Assembly (NCBI GenBank): GCA_963753455.1 | Contig: CAVWDA010000035.1 | Coordinates: 142,419 to 206,418, forward strand | Direction of reading: 5' to 3' | DNA length: 64,000 bases | Origin: an uncultured Alphaproteobacteria bacterium | GTDB taxonomy: Bacteria; Pseudomonadota; Alphaproteobacteria; Rhizobiales; Xanthobacteraceae | Part shown: positions 1 to 11,370 of the stretch, piece by piece | Layout of the letters: each line of letters starts with the position of its first letter | How positions within the stretch are numbered: the first letter of the stretch is position 1 | The notes under the pieces: generated by a model | Told to the model about the DNA's origin: nothing | The model's database searches: none | What the model saw: the letters and a program-made list of their open reading frames with translations, nothing else | Made by a program: the position numbers and the translations under genes

Positions 1-1
1 T

Positions 2-1534
2 TTGGCGCTCGGCAGCGCCAAGCGTCACTTCCAAATTCTCATCGAGGGCGTCGTCGACTACGCCATTTTCGTGCTCGACACCGCAGGACGCGTGGCGAGC
101 TGGAACAGCGCCGCCCAGCAGATCATCGGCTACACCTCGGAAGAAATCATCGGCAAGCATTTCGGGATATTCTATCGGCCGGACGAGCGCCGCGCCGGCG
201 AACCGAACCGCGCGCTGGAGCTGGCCATCCAGAAAGACAAGCACGAAGTTGAGGGATGGCGTATCCGAAAGAATGGCACGCTCGTTTTCGTCACCGGCTC
301 GGTCTCCGTAATCCGCGATGACGACGGAAACCTGATCGGGTTCGCCAATGTCATCCGCGACGCGACCGAGCGGCGCGACGCCCAGGAGAAGTTGGTGCAG
401 GCGCGCGAACAGCTCGCGATGGCGCAAAAAATGGAGGCGATCGGCAAGCTGACCGGCGGCATCGCGCACGACTTCAACAACCTGTTGATGATCATCGGCG
501 GCAATGCCCAGACATTCAAACGCCTGCTCGACCCGAAATTGCCGAGGGCGATCGAGGCCATCCAAACCGCAGCCAAACGCGGCGAAAGCCTCACCCGCCA
601 ATTGCTGACCTTCTCGCGCCGCCAGCACCTGAGCCCGACCGTCGTCGATTTGAATGCCTGCATCCGCAACATCCGGCCTATGATCGAAAGCTCGCTGCGC
701 GGGAACATCGTCTACATTGAAAAGATCGGCACCAACGTCTTGCCGGTCAAAGTCGACCAGGCCGAATTGGAACTTGCGATCGTCAATATTGCGGTCAATG
801 CCCGCGATGCCATGCCGACCGGCGGCACCTTCACTTTATCCGTCAGCGACGTGACGACGGCGCACGATCTCGGCCCGGATCATGTCAACGGGCCGTTCGT
901 CGCGATCGAGTTCAGCGATACCGGCATGGGCATTCCGCCCAATCTTCTGACCAAAATCTTCGACCCGTTTTTCACGACCAAAGAGGTCGGCAAAGGCACC
1001 GGGCTCGGACTGTCGCAGGTTTATGGCTTTGCCCATCAGGCCGGCGGCACGGTGAGGGCGGAAAGTAAGGTCAGCCAAGGAACGACCATCACGGTTTATC
1101 TGCCGTCGTGTTCGGAAAGCGAAATCGTCATCAAGGACGTGCCCATCAGGGACGGCTCGCATACGCTGCGGCCGACGGTCCTCGTCGTCGATGACAGCGC
1201 CGAAGTGGCGCAGGTGACGTCGTCGCTGTTCGAACATCTCGGGTACAATACCGTCTACCGGGACTCGGCCGAAGCGGCATTGAAGCTGTTGGAGGACGGC
1301 ATGAAGCTCGATCTTGTTTTCAGCGACATCGTGATGCCGGGAACGATCGACGGCGTCGGACTGGCGAGCGAAATTCGCTCGCGCTATCCGAACTTGCCGG
1401 TCATTCTGACCACCGGCTACAGCGACGCCGCGCAAGCCGCGCCCCCGGATCTACCGATCCTGCGCAAGCCATTCGATACCGACGCGCTCAGGGGCTTTAT
1501 TCAGGATACCGTCGACGTGAGGTTGAATGCCTGA
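2..1534 (+). CDS. PAS-domain hybrid sensor histidine kinase/response regulator (probably 5'-truncated by window)
   Basis: PAS (DYAIFVLD...[15 protein letters not shown]), H-box AHDFNNLL, G boxes [18 protein letters not shown]-terminal receiver (VVDD, SDIVMPG, KPF). Confidence 0.92.
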   Translation: MALGSAKRHFQILIEGVVDYAIFVLDTAGRVASWNSAAQQIIGYTSEEIIGKHFGIFYRPDERRAGEPNRALELAIQKDKHEVEGWRIRKNGTLVFVTGSVSVIRDDDGNLIGFANVIRDATERRDAQEKLVQAREQLAMAQKMEAIGKLTGGIAHDFNNLLMIIGGNAQTFKRLLDPKLPRAIEAIQTAAKRGESLTRQLLTFSRRQHLSPTVVDLNACIRNIRPMIESSLRGNIVYIEKIGTNVLPVKVDQAELELAIVNIAVNARDAMPTGGTFTLSVSDVTTAHDLGPDHVNGPFVAIEFSDTGMGIPPNLLTKIFDPFFTTKEVGKGTGLGLSQVYGFAHQAGGTVRAESKVSQGTTITVYLPSCSESEIVIKDVPIRDGSHTLRPTVLVVDDSAEVAQVTSSLFEHLGYNTVYRDSAEAALKLLEDGMKLDLVFSDIVMPGTIDGVGLASEIRSRYPNLPVILTTGYSDAAQAAPPDLPILRKPFDTDALRGFIQDTVDVRLNA

Positions 1535-1564
1535 CGGTTGCAAAAATCCGCCAGGCTTGACGCG

Positions 1565-2392
1565 CTAGAAGCAAAGATTGCTCCAGACTTCCCCGCGCTT
1601 GTTCTTGAGCACGTAGGGACATTCCAGACGTTTGAGCGCGGCCTTGGCGTCTTCGTCGCCGAGCGCTGCGGCGCGCTCGTAGTAGGTTTTGGCGGCGCGC
1701 GTATCCTGCACGCCGCCGCGTCCACTTTGCGTGAACGAGCCGAGCCATTCCAGGGCCCCGGCATGATTTTGCGCGGCCGCCTTTTCAAACAAAGCGCGCG
1801 CGGCAACGTCGTCCTTCGGGCCGCCGGTGCCCTGCGCGTACATCACGCCAAGCTGGAACTGCGCTTCCGCCGAGTTCGACTCGGCTGCCTTAGCCAGCAT
1901 GGCGCGCGCCTCGGCCGGATTTGCCGCTGTGCCGCCGTCGATCGCTGCGAGATTGGTGACGCCGCGCGGATTGCCAGCCTTGGCGGCGCGCTCGAACAGT
2001 TCGCGCGCCTTGGCCTGGTCTTTAGCGACGCCGACGCCGGTGCCATACATCACGCCGAGTTCGACCATGGCCGCGCTGCTGCCTCTGTCGGCCGCCTTGC
2101 GATAGGCGCCGATCGCTTCCGCTGTTTGCCGATTGGCGGCATAGGCGCGGCCGAGCTGGTACAGCGCGCGGCGCGACGAGGCGGAGGCAACCCTGCAGAA
2201 TTTGATAGCGGTCGCGACATCGGATGGCGCGATGGCGGCAACGCCTTTGACGTCTTTCGGCTTGTCCGGGTCGGTCGAATCGGCGGCGATGCGGTCGCAC
2301 AGCACGAGATCGGCCGATTGCGCGCGAGCCGCCGAATGCAGCGACAGCGCCAGCAACGCGGCGGAAAGCAAAACGGCGCCAAAACGTTGCAT
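1565..2392 (-). CDS. Secreted Sel1/TPR-repeat protein
   Basis: Signal peptide; Sel1 repeats (AMVELGVMYGTGVGVAKD, AQFQLGVMYAQGTGGPKD). Confidence 0.88.
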   Translation of the reverse strand: MQRFGAVLLSAALLALSLHSAARAQSADLVLCDRIAADSTDPDKPKDVKGVAAIAPSDVATAIKFCRVASASSRRALYQLGRAYAANRQTAEAIGAYRKAADRGSSAAMVELGVMYGTGVGVAKDQAKARELFERAAKAGNPRGVTNLAAIDGGTAANPAEARAMLAKAAESNSAEAQFQLGVMYAQGTGGPKDDVAARALFEKAAAQNHAGALEWLGSFTQSGRGGVQDTRAAKTYYERAAALGDEDAKAALKRLECPYVLKNKRGEVWSNLCF

Positions 2393-2461
2393 GATCCGAT
2401 ATCACTCTGAACTTTTGGTCCGGCAGGCCAAGCTTAAGGCCGCGGCCTATCGGCCGGCAAT

Positions 2462-2490
2462 AAAAAAGGCGGCCGCACGGGCCGCCCTTT
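2462..2490 (-). terminator. Rho-independent terminator downstream of pckA
   Basis: AAAAAAGGCGGCC-GCACG-GGCCGCCCTTT hairpin; U-tract on minus strand. Confidence 0.75.
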
Positions 2491-2503
2491 ATGGCTTTGC
2501 TTG

Positions 2504-2530
2504 GCTCATTCCCGCGTGCGTGCGGGAATG
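2504..2530. repeat. Half copy of palindromic element family A
   Basis: GCTCATTCCCGCG-TGCGT-GCGGGAATG matches the arm at 50001-50030. Confidence 0.55.
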
Positions 2531-2539
2531 CATGGCCGA

Positions 2540-4159
2540 TTACTCCGCCGCGATGCGCACTTCCGGCGCCGCCGCTTTGATATCGGCCGTGACATGGCTC
2601 TCGTACTTGGCGAAGTTCTTCTGGAACATGCCGACCAGATCGCGCGCGGTCTTGTCGAACTCGGCCTTGTCCTTCCAGGTCTTGAACGGGTTCAACAGAT
2701 GCGGCTCGACGCCCGGCACTGAGGTCGGCACCGAGAAGCCGAAATAGGGATCGGTGCGGAAATCGGCATCTTTCAGCGAGCCGTTGAGCGCCGCGGTCAA
2801 CAGCGTACGCGTCGCCTTGATTGGCATGCGGCGGCCAACGCCGTATTTGCCGCCGGTCCAGCCGGAATTGACCAGCCAGACGTCAGCGCCATGCTGATTG
2901 ATGTAATGACGCAGCAGGTCGGCATAGACAGACGGATGACGCGGCAGGAACGGCGCGCCGAAGCAGGTGGAGAATTCCGGCTCGACGCCGACTAGACCCT
3001 TCTCGGTGCCGGCGACTTTCGCCGTATAGCCGGAGAGGAAATGGTACATCGCTTGCGTCGGCGACAATTTCGCGATCGGCGGCATCACGCCATAGGCGTC
3101 CGCGGTCAGGAAGATGATGTTCTTGGGGTGGCCGGCGCGGCCCGTGCGCGAAGCGTTCGGAATGAAGTCGAGCGGGTAGGCCGAGCGGGTGTTCTCGGTC
3201 TTGGAGCCGTCGTCATAGTCGGGAACGCGCGTGACCGGATCGAACACCACGTTCTCCAGCACAGCGCCGAAGCGGTTCGTGGCGTCCCAGATCTGCGGCT
3301 CGGCCTCCTGGGAAAGCTTGATGCACTTGGCGTAGCAGCCGCCTTCGAAATTGAAGATGCCGTCCGGACCCCAGCCGTGCTCGTCGTCGCCGATGAGCGT
3401 GCGGTTCGGATCGGCGGAGAGCGTGGTCTTGCCGGTGCCGGACAGGCCGAAGAACAGCGCCGAGTCGCCGTCCGGCCCGACATTGGCCGAGCAATGCATC
3501 GGCACGACGTTCTCCGCCGGCAAATAGAAGTTGAGCGTGGTGAACACCGATTTCTTCATTTCGCCGGCGTAAGAACTGCCGCAGATCAGCACGATTTTCC
3601 GGGTGAAATCGATGGCCACCATGGTGTCGGAGCCTTCGCGCCCGCCGTGCCGTTTCGCATCGGGGCGGAACGACGGCAGGTCGACGATGGTGAGTTCGGG
3701 CACGAATTTGGCGAGATCGGCGCGCTCGGGCCGGATCAGCAGTTGCCGGATGAACAGCGAGTGCCAGGCGTATTCGGTGAAGACGCGGGTCTTGATGCGA
3801 TATTTGGGATCGGCGCCGCCGAAGAGATCCTGGGCGAAAAGTTTTTTGCCTTTGGCGTGCGCGAGGAAATCGGCGAGCAGATTGTCGAAGTTCTGCTTCG
3901 ACATTTTGCGGTTGCCGTCCCACCACACCGAATTCTCGGTGAGCGCATCGACGACGGTGTGCTTGTCCTTGGGGCTGCGGCCGGTGTGGTGGCCGGTCTC
4001 GGCGCAGAGTGCGCCGCCTTCGACCAACGAGGCTTCGCCGGCGGCGATGGCGTGCTCATACAGCGTGGGCTCGGTGTGGTTCCAGTGGACCGCGGCGAGA
4101 TCATTGAAGCCGAACTTGTCGGCGCCATAAGCGCCGTTCCGCACACCCGTTTCTTGCAC
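2540..4159 (-). CDS. pckA: Phosphoenolpyruvate carboxykinase (ATP)
   Basis: [17 protein letters not shown]-loop [28 protein letters not shown]; GTG start at 4159 with GGAGGG RBS. Confidence 0.97.
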   Translation of the reverse strand: MQETGVRNGAYGADKFGFNDLAAVHWNHTEPTLYEHAIAAGEASLVEGGALCAETGHHTGRSPKDKHTVVDALTENSVWWDGNRKMSKQNFDNLLADFLAHAKGKKLFAQDLFGGADPKYRIKTRVFTEYAWHSLFIRQLLIRPERADLAKFVPELTIVDLPSFRPDAKRHGGREGSDTMVAIDFTRKIVLICGSSYAGEMKKSVFTTLNFYLPAENVVPMHCSANVGPDGDSALFFGLSGTGKTTLSADPNRTLIGDDEHGWGPDGIFNFEGGCYAKCIKLSQEAEPQIWDATNRFGAVLENVVFDPVTRVPDYDDGSKTENTRSAYPLDFIPNASRTGRAGHPKNIIFLTADAYGVMPPIAKLSPTQAMYHFLSGYTAKVAGTEKGLVGVEPEFSTCFGAPFLPRHPSVYADLLRHYINQHGADVWLVNSGWTGGKYGVGRRMPIKATRTLLTAALNGSLKDADFRTDPYFGFSVPTSVPGVEPHLLNPFKTWKDKAEFDKTARDLVGMFQKNFAKYESHVTADIKAAAPEVRIAAE

Positions 4160-4395
4160 GCGATACCCTCCCAAACCAACAAGCCGCTGCCCAAGCCCGC
4201 GCGAGGCCATGAGCGGTTTACTGAATTAAGACCTTAGTATAGCCCCTCGTTCCAAGGCGCGCGACCATAGTCATCGACCGCATGAATGCCAAGAACAAAT
4301 CATATGCATAGTAAGCAGACGTCGTTGCGGTGCACCAAAGACGCCGGCGTTAACGCTGTTGACGCTTAATTTGACGCCGGATTTGCGGCTGCCGG

Positions 4396-5520
4396 TTAAA
4401 TCGCCGCGATTGTCCAGACCACAATCTCGCCGGCCACCTGCGCGAAAGCTTGGTTCAGCGCCGCGACCGCGTCCGGCGCCGCCGCACTTTTGGCCGCGAT
4501 ACTGGCCGAGAACGCCCGCGAGGCGGCGACCGCGCCCTTGTCGCTGACCAGCCGCGCGGTCAGATCGACCACGGCGTGCGGCGCCGCTCCCGCCGTGATC
4601 TGGAAGCTGCGAATTGCGACCTCCAGCCGATATTCCGCCGTCAGCTGCTCGAGCGGCCGGCTCACCGCGCCGAGTTGATGGGCGTTCTCGAAGCTCTGCA
4701 CGAGCCTCGCCTGGATCAGCTTCGGCAGGTTGTCGGTCCACTGCGCATTATCGATGTTCGTGTAGGTGCCGGCATCGCTGCGGATCAGGATCTTCTGCGA
4801 GTCGAACAGAATAAGGGCGCTCGGATCTGGTACGACCAATTGTGCCTTGATGGTCTTCTCGGTTGCCGGAAAACCGGTCGCGGCCGCAAGGTCATAGATC
4901 GTCGGCCCCTGCTTTGCGGCTCCGGTGCCGGCCAGTTTCTCCAGCCCGCCGATCAGGCCCTCGACGCGTTCGGAATTACGCCCGAGCATGTCGGCGAAGA
5001 CTGAGATTCCGGTGATCGCCGTGTGCAGAGGCTTGGCGTTGTCGTTCAAGATGGCGTCGATGCGGCGCAGCGTTTCTTGTGCCGATTCAGTCAAACTGCG
5101 GCCGACATCGGCGCCGGCGATGAGCAGCGGCGGCTGCCCGTCCTTCGGCGTCAAGCGCGGCGCCTGCGCGGACCCGCCCTTGAGTGCGACGGCCGCGGCG
5201 CCGGTGAAGCCCTGGTACGTGATGTCCACCTGCGTGTCGGCGCGCACCGGCGTCCCCGGATCGAGCGAGATCGCGACGGTCACTCGCTTCGGCTCGTCGG
5301 CATCGAGATCGATGCGCGTCACGGTGCCGGCGCGAATGCCGTTGAACAGAACATTCGCTCCGGGCACCAGTCCGGACACCGGTTGCTGGAAGCGGATCTC
5401 ATAGAGAGCGCGCTCGCCGAAACCGCCGAGATTCTTGATCCAGTAGACGAAGCCGAAACCGCCGAAGAGGCAGACCAGCGTAAAAGCGCCAATCAGGACG
5501 TAGCGGGCGCGGGTCTCCAT
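4396..5520 (-). CDS. MlaD/MCE-domain protein fused to a PqiC-like ABC auxiliary lipoprotein domain
   Basis: METRARYVLIGAF TM anchor, MCE motif VSGLVPGANVLFNGIRAGTV; C-terminal half WTDNLPKLIQARLVQSFEN typical of PqiC-like domain. Confidence 0.8.
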   Translation of the reverse strand: METRARYVLIGAFTLVCLFGGFGFVYWIKNLGGFGERALYEIRFQQPVSGLVPGANVLFNGIRAGTVTRIDLDADEPKRVTVAISLDPGTPVRADTQVDITYQGFTGAAAVALKGGSAQAPRLTPKDGQPPLLIAGADVGRSLTESAQETLRRIDAILNDNAKPLHTAITGISVFADMLGRNSERVEGLIGGLEKLAGTGAAKQGPTIYDLAAATGFPATEKTIKAQLVVPDPSALILFDSQKILIRSDAGTYTNIDNAQWTDNLPKLIQARLVQSFENAHQLGAVSRPLEQLTAEYRLEVAIRSFQITAGAAPHAVVDLTARLVSDKGAVAASRAFSASIAAKSAAAPDAVAALNQAFAQVAGEIVVWTIAAI

Positions 5521-5545
5521 GATGACGATCCTCGCGGCGGACCGC

Positions 5546-6106
5546 TTAGCTACGGGTGAGCGTGATGGACGCCTTCACGATCTGCCCGCCGCCTCGCGAA
5601 TCGATGGTCACGCTTTGCCGCCGGCTGCGCGTCAGGATGACGAGATCGGCGGAGAACGCCGAACTTTCGGTATGGATCTGCAGGCGCTCACCCTGCGCCT
5701 GGCCGATGGCGGTTCCGCCGACGTTGCGGCTGCGTTCGGTCCAGCGTCCGGTGATCTGATTCTTCTCGTCGGCCGTGAACTGGCCGCTGAGATCGAAATT
5801 GTAGCTGTCGCTGGCGCAGCGCAATTGCAGATCGATTTCATGCTCGCTGCTGCCCCGTGGGCGATACTCAGCCTTGCAACGGATGCGTTCGGCCGCGCCG
5901 CCCTCTGGCCGCAGGGTCCCCGCGCCGCTCCAGTTGCCGGAAAAATCGGCAAATGGTCCAGACGCCGCCGACACCGGCCGTGGCGCCAGGGCGAACGCCA
6001 AAACCAGGACGGCGACGCAGCCGAGCATGGCAACGGACGAGAAAGGCAATAAGCGGTGGAGTGGCTGCTGCACGGACAAGTTCCGGTTCCGGGAAACGCT
6101 TGGCAT
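5546..6106 (-). CDS. Hypothetical exported protein (beta-barrel-like)
   Basis: Signal-like hydrophobic stretch then GPFADFSGNWSGAG..ERIRCKAEY, LRCASDSY; start uncertain. Confidence 0.7.
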   Translation of the reverse strand: MPSVSRNRNLSVQQPLHRLLPFSSVAMLGCVAVLVLAFALAPRPVSAASGPFADFSGNWSGAGTLRPEGGAAERIRCKAEYRPRGSSEHEIDLQLRCASDSYNFDLSGQFTADEKNQITGRWTERSRNVGGTAIGQAQGERLQIHTESSAFSADLVILTRSRRQSVTIDSRGGGQIVKASITLTRS

Positions 6107-6199
6107 AATTAGCTCCCATGCAGCCCCACAGATCGCATTGCGCTACATCAACCTGTCAAAACCGGCAAGCCGCTGCGTCGGATTAACCACGGCGTTCGC

Positions 6200-6991
6200 T
6201 CATGTCGTCCGCGCCGCATCGGCGAGTTGCTTGAGCATGGCGCGTAACGGGCCCGGCCCGGCGATGCGCTGTGGGAAAAACAGCCGCAGCGCCGTGCTTC
6301 CTTTTTGCAATTCGAGCCCCTCGGGATCGACGCCAACGCAAGCCCAATCGCCGTCAGGAGCGCCGAGCAATTTGGTGGCATAAAGTCGGCAAGCCTCGGC
6401 GTGGTCGGCATTCATGTGGGCAATGGCGCCCTCTTCCGCTTCGATCAATGACTCGGCGCCGGCGATATCGGTGAGCACGTCGGCAGCAGTCAGATCGGCG
6501 GCGCGGGCAAAGCCGCCGTTGAGATGCGCCGAGACGACGTCCATGCGCCAGAACGCGAAGTCGCCAAAACCGGCGTAGAGCTCCGACTTCGGATGACGCG
6601 CCAGAAAGCGGCGGCGGATGCGGGCGTCGTCGGCGCCCTCGCGCGCGACCGGCGCGAAAGTGCCAAGCACCGTCAGGCGGGGATGCGCCAGAGCGTCGCC
6701 CTTGCCGGTCTCGGCCAGCAGCAACGAAGCGCGGCCGTCGACCTCCAGATTGGCGGTGTGCGTGGCAAGCTTCGACACCAGGATCAGCGGAGCACTGTCG
6801 GCATCGGTCGCAACATTGACCAGCGAGGCGAAGGGATAGCCGGTATTGCGGTCGAGCGTCGCCAAAGTACCGGCGCGGGTTGCGCGCAACAGCGTCTTGG
6901 CGACCATGCGCGGGGCGAAGTCCGCCGGCTGCGGCGCATTTTCGGGTGTGCGGCCCGGCATGGCGCCGGGCAAAGGTGTTTCAGCGCTCAT
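6200..6991 (-). CDS. HugZ/pyridoxamine 5'-phosphate oxidase-like protein with DUF2470 domain
   Basis: [34 protein letters not shown]-terminal HMNADH. Confidence 0.88.
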   Translation of the reverse strand: MSAETPLPGAMPGRTPENAPQPADFAPRMVAKTLLRATRAGTLATLDRNTGYPFASLVNVATDADSAPLILVSKLATHTANLEVDGRASLLLAETGKGDALAHPRLTVLGTFAPVAREGADDARIRRRFLARHPKSELYAGFGDFAFWRMDVVSAHLNGGFARAADLTAADVLTDIAGAESLIEAEEGAIAHMNADHAEACRLYATKLLGAPDGDWACVGVDPEGLELQKGSTALRLFFPQRIAGPGPLRAMLKQLADAARTT

Positions 6992-7146
6992 TGTCGTCCG
7001 ATCATTTATGTGACCCATCCAGTGCCGGCATCCGGCCTATTGGGCTTGAATTCGCTACGGAATCACATAGTTGTTGCAAAGAGGCCACATTTCGGACCCC
7101 GTTTATGGGGTTCAAAACATGCGGGACGTCAGCCAAGAGGGGCTCC

Positions 7147-7845
7147 ATGCCGACCATCGCTCTCGTCGACGACGACCGCAATATCCTGACCTCCGTCTCG
7201 ATAGCCCTCGAAGCCGAGGGCTACCGGATCATGACCTATACCGACGGCGCCTCCGCGCTCGACGGTTTCAAGACCTCGCCGCCGGATCTCGCCATCCTCG
7301 ACATCAAGATGCCGCGCATGGACGGCATGGAAACGCTGCGCCGGCTGCGCCAGAAAAGCGACATTCCCGTCATTTTCCTCACCTCCAAAGACGAGGAGAT
7401 CGACGAAATGTTCGGCCTCAAGATGGGGGCCGACGACTTCATCCGCAAACCGTTTTCGCAGCGGCTCCTGGTCGAGCGCGTGAAGGCGGTGCTACGCCGT
7501 GCCTCGCCGAAGGACGCCGCCGCGCCAAAGGAAACCGACGCCAAGGCGCTCGAGCGCGGCCAACTGCGCATGGACCCGGAACGCCATACCTGCACCTGGA
7601 AGAACGATCCGGTTACCCTCACGGTCACCGAGTTCCTCATCCTGCAGGCGCTCGCCACCCGGCCAGGGGTGGTGAAAAGCCGCAACGCGCTGATGGATGC
7701 GGCCTATGACGACCAAGTCTATGTCGACGACCGCACCATCGACAGCCACATCAAGCGGCTGCGCAAGAAGTTCAAGGTCGTCGACGACGACTTCGACATG
7801 ATCGAGACCCTGTACGGCGTCGGGTATCGCTTCAAGGAAACATGA
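7147..7845 (+). CDS. chvI: Two-component response regulator ChvI
   Basis: [51 protein letters not shown]; context between pckA and chvG. Confidence 0.96.
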   Translation: MPTIALVDDDRNILTSVSIALEAEGYRIMTYTDGASALDGFKTSPPDLAILDIKMPRMDGMETLRRLRQKSDIPVIFLTSKDEEIDEMFGLKMGADDFIRKPFSQRLLVERVKAVLRRASPKDAAAPKETDAKALERGQLRMDPERHTCTWKNDPVTLTVTEFLILQALATRPGVVKSRNALMDAAYDDQVYVDDRTIDSHIKRLRKKFKVVDDDFDMIETLYGVGYRFKET

Positions 7846-7874
7846 GGAGCTGCCTATTTCGCGGACCAGCCACT

Positions 7875-7965
7875 CCGCTTGTCCCCGCGGAAGCGGGGAC
7901 CCAGTGCGAAATTACGCTGCTTCTGCGACTTTGAATCTGGATTCCCGCTTTCGCGGGAATGAGCG
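7875..7965. repeat. Palindromic element family A (two inverted arms plus spacer)
   Basis: GTCCCCGCGGAAGCGGGGACCCAG ... CTGGATTCCCGCTTTCGCGGGAATGAGCG. Confidence 0.85.
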
Positions 7966-8022
7966 CGCGCTGCAATTTTGCGGTACACTCTCGGGGGCAT
8001 CAACCCGGCTGGATTGAACGAC

Positions 8023-9823
8023 GTGCTCGATCGAACTGCGGAAATTCAGGCGCAGAACGCCGGAGCCGAAAGGCCCGGCGACGAAGTCCCGCGTCCCGCA
8101 GCCCATGCGCTTCGCCGCTATCCGCAGACCGCTGCGGTCGGCGTGGCAATTTTTCGTTTCGCAGAGTTTCTCCAGCCTCACCCGCCGCATTGTCTTTCTC
8201 AATCTCACCGGCCTGGTCGCGCTGGTCACCGGCGTACTCTATCTCTCGCAATTCCGCGCGGGCTTGATCGACGCGCGCGTGCAGAGCCTGCTGGTGCAGA
8301 GCGAGATCATTGCCGGGGCGATTGCGGCTTCGGCGACGGTGGAAAGCGATGCCGTCACCATCGATCCGGAGCGGCTTTTGGAATTGCAGGCCGGCGAGAG
8401 CTACGGGCCGGCCGACGAGGGACAATCCGGCATCGAATTCCCCATCAATCCCGAGCGGGTCGCGCCGGTGCTGCGGCGGCTGGTGTCGCCGACAAAGACG
8501 CGCGCGCGCATCTACGACCGCGACGGCGTACTGATCCTCGATAGCCGCAATCTCTACGGCCGCGGCGACGTGTTGCGTTTCGACCTGCCGCCACCGGACA
8601 CCGAGCAGCCGGGCCTCATGGAGCGCGCCTTCATCGCCATGCGCCGCTGGTTCGGGCGCGGCGACCTGCCGCTCTACAAGGAGCTCGGGCCCGAGAACGG
8701 CAAAGGCTATCCGGAGGTCGAGCAGGCGCTCGACGGGCTGCATGCCAGCATGGTGCGGGTCAACGACCGCGGCGAGGTGATCGTCTCGGTCGCGGTGCCG
8801 GTGCAGCGCTTCCGCGCGGTGCGCGGCGCGTTGATGCTGTCGACCCAAGGCGCCGATATCGACGACATGGTGGAGGCCGAACGGCTCGCCATCGTCAAGG
8901 TGTTCCTAGTCGCAGCCAGCGTCATGGTGGTGCTCTCGATGCTGCTCGCCGGCACCATCGCCGGCCCGGTGCGGCGGCTCGCCGACGGCGCGGAGCGCGT
9001 GCGGCGGCGCATCCGCAGCCGCGTCGAGATCCCCGATTTCACCCGCAGGCGCGACGAAATCGGCGAATTGTCGGGGGCGCTGCGCGAAATGACCAACGCG
9101 CTTTACACCCGCATCGAGGCGATCGAAAGCTTCGCCGCTGATGTGGCGCACGAATTGCGCAATCCGCTCACGTCGCTGCGCTCCGCGGTGGAAACCTTGC
9201 CACTCGCGAAGACCGACGACAGCCGCCGCCGGCTGCTCGAGGTCATCGAGCATGACGTGAAGCGGCTCGACCGCCTGATCTCGGATATTTCCGACGCCAG
9301 CCGTCTCGATGCCGAGTTGCAGCGCCAGGAAGCCGGCGACGTCGATCTCGTCAAACTTCTGGAGGCGCTGGTCACCGCCGCCAACGAGGTGCGGCCGGAC
9401 GACGTGAGCGTGACGCTCACCTTCGAAGGCGGCAGCCCGGCCGCTTTCAAGGTGCCCGGCCACGACTCGCGGCTCGGCCAAGTGGTCAGCAATCTGATCG
9501 ACAATGCCCGCTCATTCTCGCCGCCCGGCGGCAAAGTGCGCATCACCTGCCGGCGGCTCCGGACCGAGGTGGAGATCGTGGTCGACGACGACGGCCCTGG
9601 TATCCGCCCCGAAGCCTTGGACAAGATCTTCGAGCGCTTCTACACCGACCGCCCGACGCAGAGCTTCGGGCAGAACTCGGGACTCGGCCTGTCGATCTCC
9701 AAACAGATCGTGGAAGCTCACGGCGGCAGTATCAGGGTCGAGAACCGCACCAGCGTCGCCGCCGCCAGCCAAGAGCCGCACGTGTTCGGCGCGCGTTTTG
9801 TGGTGCGGCTGCCGGCAACGTGA
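8023..9823 (+). CDS. chvG: Sensor histidine kinase ChvG/ExoS (probable +1 frameshift near 8100; main ORF 8105-9823)
   Basis: SSLTRRIVFLNL, stimulus-sensing domain, HAMP (DEIGELS), H-box ADVAHELRNPL, GQNSGLGLSISKQIV; likely true start GTG 8023 (MLDRT...) lies in another frame. Confidence 0.93.
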
Positions 9824-10278
9824 TGGTAGTCGACGCGGCAACCGTCCACGCATCCGCCGTACTGATCGGTCCAAAGGCGGCGCTGATCCGTGGGCCCGCC
9901 GGTGCCGGCAAATCGCTTTTGGTCTGGGACCTGCTGCAAGCGGCCACGCAAGGCGCGCTGCCGTTCGCGCGGCTGGTGGCGGACGACCGCGCGCATATCG
10001 AGGCGCACGGCGGGAGGCTCGTGGTGCGCCCGGCCGAAGCGCTGGCCGGCATGCTGGAAATCCGCGGGCTCGGCATCCGCCGCCTGCTATATGAGCCCGT
10101 GGCGGTCGTTGGATTGGTCGTCGATTTGGCCGCCGCAGAAGCAGCCCGGCATCCGGGTCCGGAGGCCGGAAAGACCAGCATTGGCGGGATTTCCCTGCCG
10201 CGGCTGGCGGTCGCGCCCGGAATGCCGGCCCTGGCGATAGTGCTGGCGTACCTGACGACTTCTCCCACGGCCAATTGA
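9820..10278 (+). CDS. hprK: HPr kinase/phosphorylase (short alphaproteobacterial form)
   Basis: VHASAV, Walker A GPAGAGKS, LVADDR, GMLEIRGLGI. Confidence 0.9.
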   Translation: MMVVDAATVHASAVLIGPKAALIRGPAGAGKSLLVWDLLQAATQGALPFARLVADDRAHIEAHGGRLVVRPAEALAGMLEIRGLGIRRLLYEPVAVVGLVVDLAAAEAARHPGPEAGKTSIGGISLPRLAVAPGMPALAIVLAYLTTSPTAN

Positions 10279-10523
10279 CCAAGGGCCGCCATGTGCGCTA
10301 CCCCCCCGGCTCCTTGCTAGGCGGGTTGAAAAAATTAACCATAGCGGGCCTAGGATCGCGGTTGCCGAAAACGGATACGTCAGAGCCCCCTTTGGCCCCA
10401 CCTTTTCGCAGTGCAGCAGAACGCTTATATAGCGAGGCGAGCCCTTGCAACGGGCCTTCGAATGGGCCTCAATGCGCGCCCATTCGTGCGGTGCAGCACA
10501 ATCGCGCCCGCGAGGAGTTCGGG

Positions 10524-10925
10524 ATGATCGGCCTCGTACTTGTAACCCATGGGCGGCTCGCCATCGAGTTCCGCTCAGCGCTGGAGCATGTGGTCGGCCC
10601 CCAGCGTCAGATCGAGGCGGTCACGATCGGCCCCGACGATGACGTCGAGCAGTGCCGCAAGGACATTCTCGATGCGGTCAAACGGGTCGATAGCGGTGAA
10701 GGGGTCGCCATCCTCACCGACATGTTCGGCGGCACGCCTTCCAATCTCGCTATTTCCGTGATGAGCCAGCCCAAGGTCGAAGTTCTGGCCGGCATCAATC
10801 TGCCGATGCTGATCAAGCTCGCCAAGGTGCGCGAAACCTGCCCGCTCGAACAGGCGGTCGCCGCCGCCCAAGAAGCCGGCCGCAAATACTGCACGATCGC
10901 CAGCCGGGTACTCACTGGTAAATGA
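10524..10925 (+). CDS. manX: PTS mannose/fructose-family EIIA component
   Basis: MIGLVLVTHG, LTDMFGGTPSN, GINLPML; GAGGAG RBS. Confidence 0.92.
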   Translation: MIGLVLVTHGRLAIEFRSALEHVVGPQRQIEAVTIGPDDDVEQCRKDILDAVKRVDSGEGVAILTDMFGGTPSNLAISVMSQPKVEVLAGINLPMLIKLAKVRETCPLEQAVAAAQEAGRKYCTIASRVLTGK

Positions 10926-11242
10926 ACGGCCCGGTGCAAGCGGACGGCGACCTGCCTCAGGATAGCTCCGCCGCCGTCGTGCGCGACATCGAGATCATCA
11001 ACAAGAAGGGCCTGCACGCCCGCGCCTCGGCTAAATTTGTGCAGACCGCCGAACAATTCGACGCCGCCATCACCGTGACCCGCGGTCATGAAAGTGTCGG
11101 CGGCACATCCATCATGGGCCTGATGATGCTCGCCGCGGGGCCAGGCGTTACCATCTCGATCCAGGCCACCGGCCGGGACGCGGCGGCGGCAGTGGAGGCG
11201 TTGTGCGCCCTGGTCGCGGACCGGTTCGGCGAAGAGGGCTAG
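10922..11242 (+). CDS. ptsH: Phosphocarrier protein HPr/NPr
   Basis: NKKGLHARAS (His15), SIMGLMMLAA (Ser46). Confidence 0.93.
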   Translation: MNGPVQADGDLPQDSSAAVVRDIEIINKKGLHARASAKFVQTAEQFDAAITVTRGHESVGGTSIMGLMMLAAGPGVTISIQATGRDAAAAVEALCALVADRFGEEG

Positions 11243-11370
11243 CGGTGAACGCCTCATGGCTACCGCCTCGTACATAAAGAAATCTTTATATATGCGTTGC
11301 GGGGGCGGCGGCGGCCTGTTATAGGCTCGGGCCAATTCACCCCCATTTTTCACGCGCGCATAGGATCGTC

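Noticed and set aside
4350-4369. Two TTAA motifs upstream of pckA as a CtrA box
   Set aside because: Spacing is 12 nt, not 7
9820-10278. HprK looks truncated
   Set aside because: Loss of the N-terminal domain is normal for alphaproteobacterial HprK
11243-11370. Possible SAH or SAM riboswitch upstream of ahcY
   Set aside because: No recognisable conserved core; the region looks like a plain promoter
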